The position numbers and the translations under genes were made by a program. A DNA stretch of 32,000 bases from Candidatus Saccharimonadota bacterium (GTDB lineage: Bacteria > Pseudomonadota > Gammaproteobacteria > Enterobacterales > Enterobacteriaceae), in contig CP001817.1 in the NCBI GenBank assembly GCA_000217635.1, forward strand, positions 60,001 through 92,000, written 5' to 3'. Shown piece by piece: positions 1 through 8,988 of the stretch. Within the stretch, counting starts at the first letter, position 1. Every line of letters begins with the position of its first letter. The notes under the pieces were generated by a model. The model searched no databases and was not told the origin of the DNA. It saw nothing but the letters and a program-made list of their open reading frames with translations.

Positions 1-1
1 A

Positions 2-205
2 ATTTTATTTTTTTTATTAATAATTCAAATTATTTTAGCTGTATTAAATAGAATGATGCCTCAAGTATCATTATTTTCTATTTTTTTTCCTGCTATTTTA
101 ATAGCAGGTATTTTTATTTTAAAAACTTTTGTTATATTTTTATTTCCGGTATTTTTTTCATTTTTTGATTATGTCTTAAAATATCTATTATTACTAATGT
201 CATAA
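2..205 (+). CDS. fliR: Flagellar export apparatus membrane protein FliR, C-terminal fragment (5' end lies outside the window)
   Basis: Frame 2 is open from the window edge to TAA at 203-205. The translation ...IILAVLNRMMPQVSLFSIFFPAILIAGIFIL... matches the C-terminal LNRMAPQLSVFVIGFPLTL segment of E. coli FliR (recalled). It is absent from the ORF track because it has no start in the window. Confidence 0.75.
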   Translation: MLFFLLIIQIILAVLNRMMPQVSLFSIFFPAILIAGIFILKTFVIFLFPVFFSFFDYVLKYLLLLMS

Positions 206-300
206 AAAAATATTTTTTATGAACATCTTATAAATAATTTATTTTATTTTTATTTAGATTTTTTTTAAAGTATTATTAAAGAGTATAATAAAAAAAAATT

Positions 301-324
301 TGGGGATCTTTCTATAGATCTCCA
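301..324. terminator. GC-containing hairpin between convergent fliR and rpmG; likely rho-independent terminator of the rpmB-rpmG transcript, possibly bidirectional
   Basis: tggggatct (301-309) pairs with agatctcca (316-324) around a 6-nt loop. On the minus strand the stem has one C/A mismatch and is followed by a T9 run (complement of A-run 292-300), just downstream of the rpmG stop. It is one of very few G/C-rich inverted repeats in the window. Confidence 0.55.
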
Positions 325-340
325 GAAATATCTATCTTTT

Positions 341-508
341 TTACTTTATTTTTTTTTCGATATACATAATATGTTTTTTCAAAAATGGATCATATTTTTT
401 TAATTTTAGTTTGTCTGGTTTGTTGCGTTTATTTTTAGTTGTAGTATAGTAATGACCACTATTTCCTGAAGATATTAATTTTATATTAATTCGATTATTT
501 TTTGCCAT
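341..508 (-). CDS. rpmG: 50S ribosomal protein L33
   Basis: Manual translation of the minus strand from ATG (508-506) to TAA (343-341) gives [55 protein letters not shown]. This aligns along its whole length to E. coli L33 ([55 protein letters not shown]). At 55 aa it is too short for the ORF track. Confidence 0.93.
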   Translation of the reverse strand: MAKNNRINIKLISSGNSGHYYTTTKNKRNKPDKLKLKKYDPFLKKHIMYIEKKIK

Positions 509-746
509 GATTTATCTCTTTTTTTGCATTTATATATTTTTTATATATTTTTTGAATTCCTAGTTTATTAATCATTCGTAATCCTTTTTTTGAAATTCTT
601 ATTTTAATAAATTTCTTTTCTTGAGGAATCCAAAATCGATGATATTGTAAATTTATAAAAAATTTTCTCTTTGTAGTATTCATAGCATGAGATCTGTGAT
701 TTCCACGTGTTGTTTTTCTTTTTGTAATTTGACATATTTTTGTCAT
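495..746 (-). CDS. rpmB: 50S ribosomal protein L28
   Basis: ORF-track protein [39 protein letters not shown]... aligns to E. coli L28 ([39 protein letters not shown]...). It overlaps the rpmG start by 14 nt, the classic rpmBG operon arrangement. Confidence 0.93.
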   Translation of the reverse strand: MTKICQITKRKTTRGNHRSHAMNTTKRKFFINLQYHRFWIPQEKKFIKIRISKKGLRMINKLGIQKIYKKYINAKKEINHGKK

Positions 747-839
747 ATTTACTTAATCCTTGGATAAATAAAGTAATAAATTTATTATCGATATATTATT
801 AATTATTTATGTTCTAATATTGTTTTAAAAATATTTATT

Positions 840-1373
840 TTATTTTTTTTTGTTATTAATATATGCATTTAAAATTTCATTTTTCGCACTTTGAGAATTA
901 TTCCATCCTTGGATTTTTACCCATTTTTTAGGTTCCAGATTTTTATAATTTTCAAAAAAATAGAGAATTTGTTTTTGTAAAGTAATAGATAAATCTTGAA
1001 TTTCACGAACGTCTTTATATTTTTCTGTTAAAGATTGATGTGGTACTGCAATTATTTTAATATCTTTACCTTTTTCATCTTCCATAGCTAACATGCCGAT
1101 TGGTTTACATCGTATGACCGATTGTGATTGAATAGGGTAAGGAGTTGGAATTAAGATATCTAATGGGTCTCCATCTGATGCTAAAGTATGATTAATAAAA
1201 CCATAATTACATGGATAAAACATTGGGGTAGCAATAAAACGATCTACAAATAGCATATTATAATCTTTATGCAATTCATATTTTACAGGACTAGAATAAG
1301 CTGGAATTTCAATTATTCCATATATATCGTCAGGTATTTTTTTTCCGATTGGAATATTATTAATTTGATTCAT
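840..1373 (-). CDS. ppa: Inorganic pyrophosphatase
   Basis: The 177-aa ORF has the length of E. coli Ppa (176 aa) and typical family I PPase segments (IEIPA...KYE, DGDPLD, KIIAVP). Confidence 0.9.
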   Translation of the reverse strand: MNQINNIPIGKKIPDDIYGIIEIPAYSSPVKYELHKDYNMLFVDRFIATPMFYPCNYGFINHTLASDGDPLDILIPTPYPIQSQSVIRCKPIGMLAMEDEKGKDIKIIAVPHQSLTEKYKDVREIQDLSITLQKQILYFFENYKNLEPKKWVKIQGWNNSQSAKNEILNAYINNKKK

Positions 1374-1685
1374 ATTTTTATTCCTATAAAATAAATCTTT
1401 ATATAATGCATACGAAGTACTTATTATTTTATATCATTTGTTAAATAAATAAATATTCAATTAATTAATATAATTTTATAAAATTTTTTTATAATATTCT
1501 TATAATTAATCATAATTAATATATAGAAAATATAAAGTTGATGTTTTATATTAATTTAAAAACATATATAGTAATATAAATAAGAAGTTTTATTTTTGTA
1601 TTTTCTTTTAAAAAATTGATAAATTATATCATTTTTTTTATAAAAAATATTTTTTTATTGTATATATTTTGAAAGGATAACTGGA

Positions 1686-3032
1686 ATGTTATTGTTTGAC
1701 GAAGTAATAAATTTTAAAAAAAAATTATGTGAAATTTTAAAAAAATCTTTATTTTATTTAAAAAAAAGATGTATACATGGTAGTATTGAATTAAAAAAAT
1801 ATATGGTTGTTGTGTTTCAACAAGATACAAAATAATTGATAAAATTGAATTATATGATAATGTTAGTTGTATTATTACAATATATAATCATGGTAGAAAA
1901 GCTTCAGTTTTATGTAATAATATTATGTTTCCTAGTATTTGTAAAGCTATTGATCAAGCTATTGATATGTCTAAATTTACTGAATTAGATCTTTGCTCTT
2001 CTTTACCTAATCAAGATTTATTATTTAATCATAAAAAAACTTTAAATCTTTTTTTTCCATGGCAATGTGATTTAAAAAAAATTATTAATTTAGTACAATT
2101 AGTTGAGAAAAGTTCTTTAGAGTTTGATTCTAAAATTACAAATACGGAAGGAGCAGTTTTTGATTATTCAATGACTTTGAAATATTTAGGAAATACCTAT
2201 GATTGGTTAGATTCTTATTGTTCTACGTATTATTATTTATCTAATTGTGCTGTCGCTAGTAATAATATTTCAATGGAAAGGGATTATGTATATTCTGTCG
2301 CACGAGATTTTTATGATTTAAAGTCGGCTCATTTTATTGGAGAGGAAAGTTCTAAAAAAAGTATTTTGAAATTAAATTCAAAAAAAATAAATACTCAATG
2401 TACATCGGTAATATTTTCTTCTGATGTTTCAGCGGGATTATTTAAATATTTAGCAACAGCATTAAATGGACATTTTGTTTATAAAAAAACAACATTTTTA
2501 TTAAATTATTTTCAAAAAAAAATTTTTCCTGAATGGTTAAATATTTTTGAAAATCCTTTTTTAGAGAAAGGATTATCTTCACAATTATTTGATAATGAAG
2601 GGGTCTCTACTAGTCAAAAAAAAATTATTAATAAAGGATGTATAGAAACATGGCTATTAGATACATATTCAAGTAATAAATTAAATTTAGATAATACAGG
2701 TCATGCTGGTGGTATTTATAATTGGTTAGTATTTAGTTATAAAAAGATAGTAGAATATAAATACCTTTTAAAAGAAATGAATAATGGATTATTAATCACA
2801 GAATTATTTGGTAATGGCGTGAATATTATGACAGGAGATTATTCAAGAGGTGCTTGTGGTTTTTTTAGTAAAAAAAGGTAAAATTATACATCCTGTAAGT
2901 GAAATTACAATTTCAGGAAATTTAAAAAACATTTGGAATAACATAATTGTATTATCCGACGATATTCAAAAAAATTGTAATATCTATTGCCCTTCTATTC
3001 TTGTTGAAAATATACAAATTTCAGGTAACTAA
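1686..3032 (+). pseudogene. pmbA: pmbA (tldE) metalloprotease-modulator homolog, split into three frame segments by two homopolymer frameshifts
   Basis: ATG at 1686 opens a frame that stops at 1833-1835. The conserved sequence ...GCCVSTRYKIIDKIELYDN... (E. coli GISVSTRYGEVENVEF) continues in the frame of ORF 1925..2881, open from 1790. That frame stops at 2879-2881, and the C-terminus KGKIIHPVSEITISGNLKNIWNNI (E. coli [23 protein letters not shown]) continues in ORF 2850..3032. Shift sites are A7 at 1793-1799 and the adjacent T7/A7 runs at 2860-2876. Confidence 0.85.
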
Positions 3033-3056
3033 TATTTTTTTAAATATTATTAGCAG

Positions 3057-3448
3057 TTATGAAGTTGATCGATAAGCCGGGTTCTGTAATTAACAGTCAT
3101 TTATCTAGATTAATAATTGCTTATTAATTCAAGCGGCTTACCCGGGAATATGCGGGTAGCATGTTTTCCCTATTTAGCCTTGCTCCAGGTGGAGTTTGCA
3201 TTGCCAAAATTGTTTCCAATTTTGCGGTGCGCTCTTACCGCACCTTTTCACCTTGACCTGTTTTAATTTTTTTATATATAAAAATATTTATATTAAAATA
3301 TATAAAATATAATTTTATAGAAGGCAGTTTATTTTCTGTTGCACTGGTCGTAAGATTATTCTTCCCAGGTGTTACCTGGCACCTTTACCCTATGGAGCCC
3401 GGACTTTCCTCTATTGGTATTATCAACAGCGACTGTTTGATCAACTTC
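3057..3448 (-). ncRNA. rnpB: RNase P RNA (bacterial type A)
   Basis: The reverse complement begins gaagttgatcaaacagtcgc...agaggaaagtccgggctccatagggtaaaggtgccaggtaacacctggg...cgaccagtgcaacag. It continues ...ggtgaaaaggtgcggtaagagcgcaccgc...aaactccacctggagcaaggctaaataggg and ends ...acagaacccggcttatcgatcaacttc. This is collinear with E. coli rnpB, including both P4 strands and the P1 pairing of the two ends. The ends are approximate to a few nt. Confidence 0.95.
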
Positions 3449-3474
3449 ATAAATTTTTTTATTTTTTTGTGTTA

Positions 3475-4308
3475 TTATATTGTACATGGAATTTTTTTTA
3501 TTCTATATATTTTTGAAATTATATGTATAGCAGTTTTTGTAGACATTACAGTTTTTAAAATTAAAAATACTTTTTGTATTTTTTCTGTTAAAATATTTTT
3601 TTGTTTTTTCTTTATTTTTATCTATAATGATTACAAATTCACCTTTATTATATATTTTTTTTTTCATTGATAATTTTAAGTATTTTTTTTGCTGTTCCTG
3701 TATAAATATTTTCCCAAATTTTTGTTAATTCTTTAGCTATAGTTACAATACGCGTGGATCCCATTTCACTGATAATATATTCTATTGTTTTTTTTAATTC
3801 TTTTAGGGGATTCATAAAGAATTATGATTCTTTTTTCATTTTTTAAATGATGTATTTGTTTTTTCTTTTTTCATTTTTATGTGATAAAAATCCTTCATAA
3901 CAAAATTTATTAATGTTTAACCCGGAAGCACTCAATGCTGTGATAGCAGCGCAAGCACCAGGTAACGGTACAACACGAATATTGTTTTTATATGCATTGT
4001 TTATTAAAAACGATCCCGGGTCATTTATTAAAGGGGTACCGGCTTTAGATACTAAAGCTATGTTTTTTCCATATGTTAATTTTTTAATATATTTATCTGA
4101 TTTTTTATGTTCATTATGAATATTTAATAATAATAACTTAGTAACTATCGAATAATGTTTTAATAAAATTAAAGTATGTTGAATATTTTCAGTTAAAATA
4201 TAAGAAACATTTTTTAATATATCAATAGCTCGATAAGTAATATCTAAAAGATTTCCAATGGGCGTAGGAACAATATATAAAATTCCAAAAGAATTTTTTT
4301 TTATACAT
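3475..4308 (-). pseudogene. rsmI: 16S rRNA 2'-O-ribose C1402 methyltransferase RsmI (YraL) homolog, interrupted by about six frameshifts, all at sense-strand poly(A) runs
   Basis: The minus-strand ATG (4308-4306) is followed by A9. The conserved sequence NSFGILYIVPTPIGNLLDIT...ALVSKAGTPLINDPGSFLIN...[27 protein letters not shown] (E. coli LYIVPTPIGNLADIT...ALVSDAGTPLINDPGYHLV...[31 protein letters not shown]) is in a different frame from the ATG. Later segments (IIILYESPKR, TIEYIISEMGSTRIVTIAKELTKIWENI, KGEFVIIID, KTAIHIISKIYRIKKN) each lie in shifted frames. No intact ORF appears in the track. Confidence 0.85.
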
Positions 4309-4556
4309 TTTAATTATCCATATTATTATAAATTTTATTTTTATAAATAATTTATTGATTTTTTTTAAAATATTATTTAATTTGCATTATAAAATATTTT
4401 ATAAATAGATATTTTATAAATTTTTATAAAATCAGTGTTATTAATATATTAAGTATATAGTATAAATATATTTCATAAAATAAAAATTTTTTTAATATGT
4501 AATTTAAAAGTTAACTACTTTAAAAATATTATAAAATTATTAAGAGATAAAGATAC

Positions 4557-5780
4557 TTGAAAAGAATAGTAATTACAGGGTTCGGTATTATTTCTAGTAT
4601 AGGTAATTCTAAAAAAGAAATTATATATTCATTACAAAATAGTGTATCGGGTATTTCTTTTTCAAAAAATATGAAAAATTTTGGATTACGTAGTAATATA
4701 TGGGGAGATTTAAATATTAGTGCCTATAAAAATATATTACCTCCAAAGAAGTTTTTAAGATTTATGAACGATGCTGCATATTATGCTTTTTGGTCAATGG
4801 GTAACGCTATTCAAGATAGTAAATTATTACCTCGTATATATGAAAAAAATCCTCGAGTTGGCTTAATAATTGGATCTGGAAGTGGATCTCCTAACAATTT
4901 ATTTAATATGTTTCATTTGTTAAAAAATTGTAATAATCCTAGTAGGATGGGACCATATGTAGCTATTAAAAATATGACTTCCTCTATTTCTGCTATATTA
5001 GGCGCGATTTTTAAAATTTATGGAATAAATTATTCTATTAGTTCTGCATGTGCAACTTCTGCAAATTGTATCGGGCATGCTGTAGATTTAATTTCATTAG
5101 GTAAACAAGATATTGTATTCGCTGGTGGTAGTGAAGAGTTAAGTCTAGAATTAGCTTGTCAATTTGATTCTATGAGGGTGTTATCAACAAAATTTAACGA
5201 TAATCCAGTATGTGCATCTAGAGCATTTGATTTACATCGTGATGGATTTGTAATTTCTGGTGGTAGTGGTATCATTGTTTTAGAAGAATTAAATTTTGCT
5301 TTATCTCGTCATGCAAATATATATGCTGAAATGATCGGATATGGTTCAACATGTGACGGTAGCAGCCTTGTTAAACCATCAGGTAAAGGAGCTGAACGTT
5401 CCATGCGATATGCTTTGAAAAATTGTCAAGTATCATCGGTTGATTATTTAAATGCACATGGAACTTCTACTAAAACTGGTGATATTATAGAGTTAAATGC
5501 TATAAAAAAGTTTTTTTTAAATATACCTTTAATATCTTCCACTAAATCTATTACAGGTCATTCGTTAGGAGCTGCAGGAGTACAAGAAATTATTTATATT
5601 ATATTAATGTTAAATAACAATTTTATTGCTCCTAGTACTAATATAGATATTTTAGATCCATTAGCGAAAAATATGAATATTGTGCGCAAATATATTCAAA
5701 AAACATTATCAGTAGTTATGTCGAATAGTTTTGGTTTTGGTGGAATTAATGTTAGTTTAGTTTTAAGAAAATATAGTTGA
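4557..5780 (+). CDS. fabB: 3-oxoacyl-ACP synthase I (KAS I)
   Basis: The 407-aa ORF with a TTG start aligns end to end with E. coli FabB (MKRAVITGLGIVSSIGNN...). The catalytic triad context is retained (SSACATS, NAHGTST, TGHSLGAAG). Confidence 0.92.
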   Translation: MKRIVITGFGIISSIGNSKKEIIYSLQNSVSGISFSKNMKNFGLRSNIWGDLNISAYKNILPPKKFLRFMNDAAYYAFWSMGNAIQDSKLLPRIYEKNPRVGLIIGSGSGSPNNLFNMFHLLKNCNNPSRMGPYVAIKNMTSSISAILGAIFKIYGINYSISSACATSANCIGHAVDLISLGKQDIVFAGGSEELSLELACQFDSMRVLSTKFNDNPVCASRAFDLHRDGFVISGGSGIIVLEELNFALSRHANIYAEMIGYGSTCDGSSLVKPSGKGAERSMRYALKNCQVSSVDYLNAHGTSTKTGDIIELNAIKKFFLNIPLISSTKSITGHSLGAAGVQEIIYIILMLNNNFIAPSTNIDILDPLAKNMNIVRKYIQKTLSVVMSNSFGFGGINVSLVLRKYS

Positions 5781-5863
5781 TATTATTTTTTAAAATAAAT
5801 TAAATTTTATACAGTTATAATATAGATTATTTTTTTATGTTTTATATGTAATAAGAGGTATAA

Positions 5864-6853
5864 ATGAATCAATTAGAAGTATTAAAAAAATTTACTACAA
5901 TTGTGGTAGATAGCGCAGATATACATTTAGTTCATAAATATAAACCCAGTGATGCTACTACAAATCCTTCTATTATTTTAAATAATGTGTTATCTAATAA
6001 ATATAATAATATTATTGAAAAGTCTATTTTGTATTCAAAAAAATTAGGCGGATCTTTAGAAAAAAAAGTAATTAATGCATTAGATATGATATCAGTTAGA
6101 TTTGGTTGTGAAATATTAAAATTTATACCAGGATATATATCTACAGAAATAGATGCAGAATTATCATTTAATACAGATTTATGTATCCAAAAATCTATAA
6201 AAATTATTAAGTTATATAATATTTTAGGGGTAGATAAATCACGTATATTAATAAAATTAGCTGCTACTTGGGAGGGAATTCAGGCTGCTAAATATTTAAG
6301 AAAAATAGGTATTCTTTGTAATTTAACTTTACTATTTTCTTTTGCGCAAGCACAAGCATGTGCTGATGCTAAGGTTTTTTTAATTTCACCTTTTGTGGGA
6401 CGAATTTATGATTGGTATTCTAAAAATCAAAATAATAATGACCCGTATATAGCTAGTAAAGATCCTGGGGTTATTGCTATAAAAAATATTTTTTACCATT
6501 ATAAAAAATTTGGATATAAAACTATTATTATGGGTGCTAGCTTTCGAAAAATTGAACAAATTATAGAGTTAGCTGGATGTGATAAATTAACTATCTCTCC
6601 TATATTATTAGATCAATTAAAAAAATGTACAATTCAAATAAATAGAAAATTAAATTATCAATTGAATAATAATGTTATAACTAAACCTAATGCATTATCA
6701 GAATCAGAATTTCGTTGGTTACATAATAAAAATCTTATGGCTGTTGAGAAGTTGGCAGAAGGAATTAACCAATTTTATTTAGATAAAAAAATTAGCAATT
6801 TTTTTATCAAAAAAAATATAATACTTGAATCACGAAAAAAAATATATATATGA
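5864..6853 (+). CDS. talA: Transaldolase
   Basis: The 329-aa ORF has class I transaldolase motifs (DATTNPS, the active-site Lys context ILIKLAATWEGI, and PFVGRIYDW). An SD-like aagagg lies upstream. The A versus B paralog assignment is by Buchnera naming convention only. See the finding on the C-terminal tail. Confidence 0.88.
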   Translation: MNQLEVLKKFTTIVVDSADIHLVHKYKPSDATTNPSIILNNVLSNKYNNIIEKSILYSKKLGGSLEKKVINALDMISVRFGCEILKFIPGYISTEIDAELSFNTDLCIQKSIKIIKLYNILGVDKSRILIKLAATWEGIQAAKYLRKIGILCNLTLLFSFAQAQACADAKVFLISPFVGRIYDWYSKNQNNNDPYIASKDPGVIAIKNIFYHYKKFGYKTIIMGASFRKIEQIIELAGCDKLTISPILLDQLKKCTIQINRKLNYQLNNNVITKPNALSESEFRWLHNKNLMAVEKLAEGINQFYLDKKISNFFIKKNIILESRKKIYI

Positions 6854-6888
6854 TAGATATTTTCTAAATAATTTTTAAGGGCTTATAT

Positions 6889-8889
6889 ATGGTATGTCGA
6901 AAACAATTATCTAATGCAATACGAATATTAAGTATTGATGCAATTCAACGAGCGCAATCAGGCCATCCTGGAGCACCAATGGGTATGGCAGATATTGCTG
7001 AAGTTCTTTGGCGTGATTTTTTAAAACACAATCCAATAAATCCTTCATGGCCTAATCGGGATCGTTTTATTTTATCAAATGGTCATGCATCTATGTTGTT
7101 ATATAGTTTATTACATTTATCTGGATACAATGTTACTATAGAAGATATTAAAAAATTTAGACAGTGTCATTCGAAAACCCCGGGTCACCCTGAAATACAT
7201 TGTACGCCGGGCGTTGAAATTACTACAGGTCCATTAGGGCAAGGATTATCTTCTGGAATTGGTATGGCTATTGCAGAAAAAATATTATCGACATATTTTA
7301 ATAGAAAGAATTTTAATATTGTTGATCACTATACATGGATTTTTGTAGGAGATGGATGTTTAATGGAGGGAATTTCTCATGAATCCTGTTCTTTAGCGGG
7401 AACATTGAATTTAGGAAAATTAATTGTTTTTTATGATAAAAATGGAATTTCAATTGATGGAAATGTATCAAATTGGTTTACTGATGATACAGTTAAACGG
7501 TTTCAATCATATAATTGGCAAGTTATTGAAATTAATGGTCATAATTCTAAAGAAATTTCAAATGCAATTAACCAATCTAAAGAAAATCTGTTGCAACCAT
7601 CGATTATTATATGTAATACAACAATTGGTTTTGGGTCTCCTAATAAATCAGGAAAATCTATCGCGCATGGCGCTCCTTTAGGAGAACATGAAATATTGTT
7701 AACGCGTAAAAAATTAAACTGGTTATATCCTGCATTTTTTATTCCAGATGAAATATATAATGCTTGGGATGGAAAAATAAAAGGAGCAGAACATGAAAAA
7801 AATTGGAATAAAATGTTTAAAAAGTATTCAATTATATATTCGGATTTAGCAAAAGAATATACACGTCGGTTAAAGGGTATTTTACCTTCTTGTTTAGATT
7901 TAGAAATAAAACGATTTTTAACTGTATTACAAAAACCATTAAATAATATTTCAACAAGACAGGCATCAAAAAATACAATTGAAATGTTAGGTAAGATTGT
8001 TCCAGAATTATTAGGAGGATCAGCAGACTTAGCGCCTAGTAATTTAACTATGTGGTCAGGCTCGCAATCTATTAAAGATAGTTTTTCTGGAAATTATATT
8101 CATTATGGTGTTCGTGAATTTGGGATGACATCAATTGCTAATGGTATATTTCATTATGGACTATTTATTCCGTATTCTGCTACTTTTTTAGTATTTGTAG
8201 ATTATGCTCGTAATGCCGTTCGTATGGCTGCTTTAATGAGAACACAACATATTTTTATTTATACGCATGATTCTATTGGGGTAGGAGAAGATGGACCGAC
8301 GCATCAACCGGTTGAACATATTGTTAGTTTGCGGAATACTCCTAATTTGAGTGTTTGGAGGCCATGTGATGCTCTTGAAACGGCGGTATCTTGGCATATT
8401 GCTTTACAAAGAAAAGCAGGTCCTACTGCATTAATTTTATCACGACAAAATATTCCTCAATTTTTTCGTACATCAGAGCAAATAAAAAATATTTATAGAG
8501 GAGGTTATATTATTAAAGAATTTGGGAAAAAAATTGATCTTATTATTATAGCAACGGGTTCTGAAGTACAATTAGCCATGAATGTTGCAAAAAAATTATA
8601 TAAAGATCATTATAGCATTCGTGTCATATCTATGGTTTCTACTGATTATTTCGATAATCAACCGTTAGAATATCGAGAATCAATATTACCTAAAAGTATT
8701 GTAAAAAGAGTATCTATTGAAGCAGGATTAACAAATTATTGGTATAAATATGTAGGAGATAAACATGGATTAAGATTTGGTATTGATACTTTTGGAGAAT
8801 CAGGTGCTAGCCAGGATTTATTTAATTTATTTGGATTAACAGAAGATAAAATATTATTACATATAAAAAATTATATTTTAAATACGTAA
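6889..8889 (+). CDS. tktB: Transketolase
   Basis: The 666-aa ORF starts like E. coli Tkt (LSNAIRILSIDAIQRAQSGHPGAPMGMADIAEVLW) and has the ThDP motif GDGCLMEG. The paralog label is uncertain. Confidence 0.92.
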   Translation: MVCRKQLSNAIRILSIDAIQRAQSGHPGAPMGMADIAEVLWRDFLKHNPINPSWPNRDRFILSNGHASMLLYSLLHLSGYNVTIEDIKKFRQCHSKTPGHPEIHCTPGVEITTGPLGQGLSSGIGMAIAEKILSTYFNRKNFNIVDHYTWIFVGDGCLMEGISHESCSLAGTLNLGKLIVFYDKNGISIDGNVSNWFTDDTVKRFQSYNWQVIEINGHNSKEISNAINQSKENLLQPSIIICNTTIGFGSPNKSGKSIAHGAPLGEHEILLTRKKLNWLYPAFFIPDEIYNAWDGKIKGAEHEKNWNKMFKKYSIIYSDLAKEYTRRLKGILPSCLDLEIKRFLTVLQKPLNNISTRQASKNTIEMLGKIVPELLGGSADLAPSNLTMWSGSQSIKDSFSGNYIHYGVREFGMTSIANGIFHYGLFIPYSATFLVFVDYARNAVRMAALMRTQHIFIYTHDSIGVGEDGPTHQPVEHIVSLRNTPNLSVWRPCDALETAVSWHIALQRKAGPTALILSRQNIPQFFRTSEQIKNIYRGGYIIKEFGKKIDLIIIATGSEVQLAMNVAKKLYKDHYSIRVISMVSTDYFDNQPLEYRESILPKSIVKRVSIEAGLTNYWYKYVGDKHGLRFGIDTFGESGASQDLFNLFGLTEDKILLHIKNYILNT

Positions 8890-8988
8890 TAAGTGGATTT
8901 AAATGATAAACTTTCTATTTTAATGTAGATTAAATATCATATGTATTTATAATGTACAAATATAAGTATATAAAGGACATGTTATTAT

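Noticed and set aside
2850-3032. 60-aa ORF as an independent small gene
   Set aside because: It is the C-terminus of pmbA (PVSEITISGNLKNIWNNI matches E. coli [18 protein letters not shown]), displaced by a homopolymer frameshift.
3392-3670. 92-aa plus-strand ORF from the track
   Set aside because: Its 5' end lies inside rnpB (antisense) and the rest is antisense to the rsmI remnant. The translation is Phe/Ile-rich low-complexity sequence typical of AT-rich antisense frames, with no recognisable homology.
3913-4119. 68-aa plus-strand ORF from the track
   Set aside because: It is antisense to the best-conserved part of rsmI (the GTPLINDPG...[16 protein letters not shown] region). Its open frame is a by-product of that coding sequence.
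7424-7681. 85-aa ORF in an alternative frame inside tkt
   Set aside because: It lies entirely within the well-conserved transketolase ORF on the same strand and has no homology, so it is a spurious frame.
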